DNA from: Chlorokybus atmophyticus
Lineage: Eukaryota; Plantae; Mesostigma and Chlorokybus algae
NCBI GenBank assembly: GCA_009103225.1
Contig: RHPI01002069.1
Location: 1 to 64,000 of the forward strand
Direction of reading: 5' to 3'
DNA: 64,000 nt
This document shows positions 58,878 through 64,000 of this stretch, one piece after another. Made by a program: the position numbers and the translations under genes. Position 1 is the first letter of the stretch, and each line of letters starts with the position of its first letter. The notes beneath the pieces were generated by a model, which searched no databases, was not told the DNA's origin, and saw only the letters and a list, made by a program, of their open reading frames with translations.

Positions 58878-60242
58878 CTACAGCTCTTCTCGATTGTCAT
58901 TGTTGCTGTCATCTTCATGCCGGTGCTTGCGACCATGTTGCAACTTCTGTGCTTTGCGCGCATGCTTCGGCTTCTTCTTATTGACCCCGGCCGAATCAAT
59001 TGCCGAAGTGACAATCTTGTTGCCTTTCAGCGTGTAACGCTGCTGGTTCCAGTCCAAATGCAACACCTCCGGTTGCTCCAAAATGAATTGGCGTACCTGT
59101 CATAAAGATTATGCCCACAAAGTCACACAAGTCTGCTGATTCATCAGCTGTTAGCTTGTAACACAGCTGTGACACATGAGCAACATATACACAAACCACA
59201 CCTCGAGCAGTTCCTTTCCAGACTCTACTGTTATGAGGATGGTGTTCTCTTCAATGGGATAAAACTTGGGCTGAATCATGCCGGACCTTATGAGCGTGTC
59301 CCACTTTGCAGCAAGTTGCTCCAAATCGCTCTGCGCATACCATAGTCAGAGGCAGCTGCAAAGAGCTGAACGCACAACACAGCAGATTCTCACATATGCG
59401 CCTGTACTCGCATGTGTACAGGCGTATATGTGATCTGGGTGAGTAATACACTCTTCACCAACCACGTCCACTTGCATGGACTCACACGCAAGAGTTCTTA
59501 CCTGCCTTTTAGTAGTGCCAGGTTTAAGCTTGACAAACCCCATGGCGGGTCCCTGTTGCTGGGCGGCGAGCATGGCGCTGATGTCGGGCTTGCCATCGTC
59601 CCCCATCTGCATCATGTTGGTGATGTCCATGGGTTCCGGTTCGGGCTTGGGCTTGGTCGCGCCCCATGCCTGCCACCACCGCCAACATCAGGCAAGTGCC
59701 TTTGCTGTTATAGGAGCTCGCTGCTGTTACACTGCTTGAGCATGTCACAAGTGTAGAAAATATGCAATGCTGTGCATGTGTACAATGAAAGCAATGCGGT
59801 GACTGTGTATACAGCGGTGTGTACACAGAGGCGCTACGTACGAACATCTGAATAAGATTACTTTAAACCTGTTGCTTGAACCAACAGCCAGTGTTGACAG
59901 CTTGGTAGCATTGCTCAGACAATGCTGCCAACTATTCGCATGCTGTCAAGCGCTGCTACACGCTTCATGAAACAGCAGATGGCTGGCATGAGAGCCGCTG
60001 AAGGCAGCTAGCCTCATAGCATACACGCATGCGGATTTCGTCTTCTTCATCACTGTCGTTATCATCATCGTCAGCGCAGCACTGACCTTGAAATCCTCAT
60101 CCTCCTCGTCGTCCACCACCTCGGAGAGGTCGTCGGTGACGTGTATGCGCCGCCGGTGCGCATCGGCGAACTCGTTCAGGAGCAGGAGCAACGTCACGGA
60201 AAGCAGCAGCAGCCATGCCGAAGACGACGCCGAGGACGCCAT
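58878..60242 (-). CDS. MESD/Boca-like ER chaperone (plant-type), signal peptide and C-terminal REEL
   Basis: Hydrophobic signal peptide, then RRRIHVTDDLSEVVDDEEDEDFKAWG, GPAMGFVKLKP, KWDTLIRSG, VRQFILEQPE, and ER-retention-like REEL*. Confidence 0.8.
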
Positions 60243-60283
60243 CCCGGACAACAACAACATCAACCACATCCACAGCTTCGCCC

Positions 60284-60291
60284 TTAGGGTT
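60284..60291 (-). promoter_or_regulatory. Telo-box-like motif in the ~90-bp MESD-like/exonuclease intergenic region
   Basis: TTAGGGTT between divergent ATGs at 60242 and 60333. Confidence 0.6.
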
Positions 60292-60332
60292 GAGCTGCTG
60301 AAGCTCTTTCAGCGGCGGCGGCAGCGGCGGCA

Positions 60333-63300
60333 ATGGAGGGTGGGAGCGAGCTGGAGGACGGGGAGATTGAGGTTGAGGAGGAGCTGGAGCAGCGCGTTGC
60401 TGACGGAGCAGAGACTAGCTATGGCGAGCAGCAGTTGGTCATCAAGCGGAAGCGTGAGAGCGGTGACACCGCTGAGGCAGAGGAGGTGGTGGTGGAGGCG
60501 GAGGCGGAGGAGGGGACTGTTGAGCAGCCACCATCCAGCAGGGCGGCCCGCCGCAAGGCGAAGAAGAAGAAGAGGAAGGTGGAGGCGGCCAAAGGCACCT
60601 TCAAGGACTACTATGACGTGTATGGTCCCAAGGTGAGGCTTTTAGACAGATCTTGAGGACATTGCTCGTGTATAGCCTACTGTGTGATCATCGTAGTAGT
60701 CGTAAGTAGTTGAATGCCTCAACTCACAACAGCCAGTTAGCACCCGTGTAGTACATTCATCAACATTTCTGTATGCGTGTTTAGTGCTGAATGTGTGTGG
60801 TACACAGGCCTACCTTACTGTGCTCTCTCTTCATGTAGCTCTGCATGCATATATTGGCGTACTGCTTCCAATGTGCTGTTTCTATCACAATCTGCTTGTC
60901 GTGTCGGGCATGTCATGCAGGTAGACTTCAAACAAGTTACAGGTAGAGCTTAGCTTCACAATGGACACATGCTGGTTACTACTACTTAAGAGTGCTGTTC
61001 CTTTCACAACCTGCTTGTTGGAACGTGCATGGCATGCCATGCAGGTAGAGACTTAAGTTACAGGCAGAGCTTAGCTTTACATTGCACATGCTAGTTGTTG
61101 CTTGAGGGTGGTGTTTTCCGCAATATGCTGTATCGCTTGCAGAGTCCTCCCAAACCCTTGATGCTGATGCATATTAAGCAGCCGAGTCAGTTCAGTCCTT
61201 TCTGCATGACACTGACAGTTGGTTGGGTGACCAGGCTACTGCAGAAGTAACGGTGAAGTTGCAATCTGGAGAGAAGTTGGCGCTGCAGGTGAGGGCCATC
61301 ATGCAAACTTATCACAGTATGTACATGCCCTACCAGGAAGTTGATTGAGCTTGACTTGCGCACAGCATGACCTGACTTCTGTGTTTTCGTTGATAAGGAT
61401 CTGCAAAGCCTGATTGTCTGGATTGTTGGTGAAGGCCTGAGTCCACCGTGGGTGTTCATCAAGGTGAATTTTTTTTCTTGTCAATTGCTGGCAATGCCTT
61501 GATTCCCTTCAGATTACAGACTACCGACTACCGCTTGCTCGTTTTGCGCAGAACAAGCCCCTCATTTGTAAAACGGTGCTACTGCTGGTTGGAGGTCTGG
61601 ACTATGACCTCATTATGGAGCACTCTGCAAAGATGCCGTTTCTCACAGCCAACTGCGGACGGCCACTTCCCACAGAAGCTATCAGGCAAGTGAGAGTGCC
61701 AGCTTGAGTGAACCAACATCACAGTCGTGTGTCACTTAGGCTTGACACTTGTTCAAAACTGTTGTTCAACAGCAATACAGCCCCTCCAAGTGCACCAATT
61801 GGTGCGCTGCTGCGATTGGTACGGCAACGGCGCATGGTAAGTCAAGAGTATTTGTTTATTCTCTCCACAGACATGTCTAACATGGTCTGTCTTACTCGTA
61901 CAGAAGAATGACACCGCAGCCAGTTCGCAAGCTGCAACATCTCAGAAAGATGCTCAACAGAATGACTTAACATCACCTGGAGCTGTGCCTGCTGAAAATG
62001 GCAGTGCCCCTTCCCCATCTCCAGTGGGGAACGGCCTCAAGCATGACGAGGCAGTCAACGGCAACGACCAAGGTGAGGACATGAGCTGACTTGAGGTTTC
62101 CCGTTGGTTCATGCCACTAGCGCTAGCTCGCGTGCATTGTTAAGCTAGCTGCCAGCACGGCAAGTTCTCTGCTATCCCCTGCAGGACAAACTTTGAGACT
62201 TGGGCTTTGGTGCTGGTTGAATTTGTGGGCCTGAGGCACAAATGCTTCCAGGGTTGTCAACTCCTGTGTGGTGATTGTTGCAGTTTCTGTGGCAGAGCAG
62301 AAGACTTCAGCACCATCTGAACCCCCGTTTCCAGCCAGCTACTACGTCCTGTCCAGCGATGACATGCTGGCCAACAACTACCCGCTGCCGCCAGAAAGCG
62401 ACCAGCCTGACACTGCTGCATGCCTTCCAGGTAACGCCTTCTAACATGCCATCAACTGTACCAGCGCCATGGTGTCCTTGTGTGACTGATGTTGAGACAT
62501 TGCTATTGGACTGGTTAGTGACAGGGTGATGGTTGTTGTACAGGCTTCGTTACAACGCGTCCAGCGTCAGCACCCATCCCGGAAAACAAAGCAATGGTGG
62601 GGGTGGACTGCGAAATGGTAAGTTGTATAAACGTCCAACAGTCTACATGCTGTGTGTTTGATGTTCTTTGTGCCTAACGTGCACCACATTGGGTGCCAGT
62701 GCTACACTGCACAAGGGTTGGAGCTTACGCGCTGTACTTTAGTGGATAAGAACGGCGAGGTAAGCTGATGGGTTGAGATCCAAGGGTTCGTTGTTGTGGC
62801 TGCATAAGGTGGGTAGTGGCGCGTTAGGCACTTGAGACCTGATCAATTGGTCACTACAGGTTTTGTATGATGAGTTGGTGAAGCCAGCAAACCCAATCAA
62901 GGATTACAACACAAAGTATGTTTCAAGCTGATATGTTTTTTTGGTGCGTCCTTGAAGCTTATCTATTAAGCTGATCTAATGATGCAATGCGCGTTCATGT
63001 TGGTAAGCGTGCCTTGTATCGTGTTGCACAGGTTTAGTGGCATCACCGCTGAGATGCTTGCTGATGTCACAACCACCATTGAGGATGTGCAGGTCAGCAG
63101 CTTTGTAGGTGATCATGTCAGCTGTCGCTTGATGCTGCCTTACAGGTCTGTGTGCATTGTCGTGCGTGAGTTCAAATGACTCAAGTGTACGCGCTGTGCA
63201 GAGGGCCTTTCTGGACCTTGTGCCTGCAGAGACGATCCTGGTGGGACACTCTCTGGAGAGTGATCTGTCGCAGATCAAGGTATGTCGCTTGCTGGTCACT

Positions 63301-64000
63301 AGGCATTCCTGGCCCCCTGAAGTGACATAGCTGACAAGTGGCCTGTGCTACAGCTGCATCATGCAAATGTTATTGACACGGCTCTTCTCTACTCACATCC
63401 ACGAGGACCACCGTACAAGGTAGGGCACAGTGTTCTGCCAGGCTGCAATGCCGAAGGATTGTCTCATAGTATCTGTGGGCTTGCGTGCACACGTGCTCAG
63501 TTCTCCTGGGATTGAATCAATGCTCTTCATGTTACGTGGGACAGTTGGGACTTCGTGTGCTGACGGATCGGTTTCTAAGGCGCCACATACAAGGCAAAGG
63601 CGGGCATTGCAGCATAGAAGATGCTAAAGCAGCTATTGATTTGGCAAACTTGAAGATTCAGCATGGTTGGTGGCATGGCCGTGGGCAGCCAATGTTTGCA
63701 GCCAAAGCTTATGGAGCGCTAATCATTGTTGCTGATTATATCGGCAGGCCCTGCTTTTGGTGACTCTATAGAACGACCTGGTGAAAATCTCTTTGAGTAC
63801 TTGGCCCGGTACAAGCGTCGGTGTTCCTACCTTGACAGACCAAGGTACCGCACGACACTCCCAAGATGTCAGTATCACCACGTCAGTAGCAAGAGCGCCT
63901 AGCAGCGTGTTCCAGCTCACTGACTTTCTGTCACTCAGGATGCTTCACAAATTCACTTCTGGCAGCGCCTCTGCAATTGTATGCAAGGACGATGCAGAGG
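60333..64000 (+). CDS. DEDDh RNA exonuclease, SDN5/REXO5-like (runs off the window end)
   Basis: VGVDCEM (ExoI), GLELTRCTLVD, DYNTKFSGIT, ILVGHSLESDL (ExoII), VIDTALLY, GHCSIEDAKAAIDL (ExoIII). Acidic and basic (NLS-like) N-terminus. Confidence 0.9.

Overview
Intron-rich eukaryotic nuclear DNA. Plant-type orthologues and telo-box promoters suggest a green lineage, probably an early-diverging streptophyte alga (inference). There are three single-N joins (9866, 11435, 36271). From about 14.9 kb onward the window is mostly housekeeping genes in head-to-head pairs with telo-boxes: DHQ synthase/DSS1, ATP synthase gamma/mL41, ArsB-family transporter/ABCC13-like transporter, SufB/enoyl-CoA reductase and MESD-like/SDN5-like exonuclease. 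It also holds MON2, an NTF2/SnoaL-like gene and a gene-poor 35.5-44.7 kb stretch. The first ~14 kb is the accessory region and the best candidate for something new. It contains (i) a 7-exon, ~1100-aa minus-strand gene with a zinc-finger-like motif, an OTU cysteine protease domain and an unknown C-terminal domain; (ii) a divergent, intact 7-exon orphan gene of 393 aa; (iii) a cluster of palindromes between them whose motif recurs at the left window edge; (iv) an indel-free array of internally palindromic 53-bp repeats; and (v) decayed tandem paralogous segments that share a DP.A.AEA.FDWL..PFE motif with the orphan gene, plus a bZIP-like exon and a copied mL41 fragment. I read this as a probable transposon-like or other selfish module. 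No transposase, helicase or recombinase was identified in the window, so that reading is inference. Gene models were assembled by hand from splice sites and reading-frame phase; no database searches were run.
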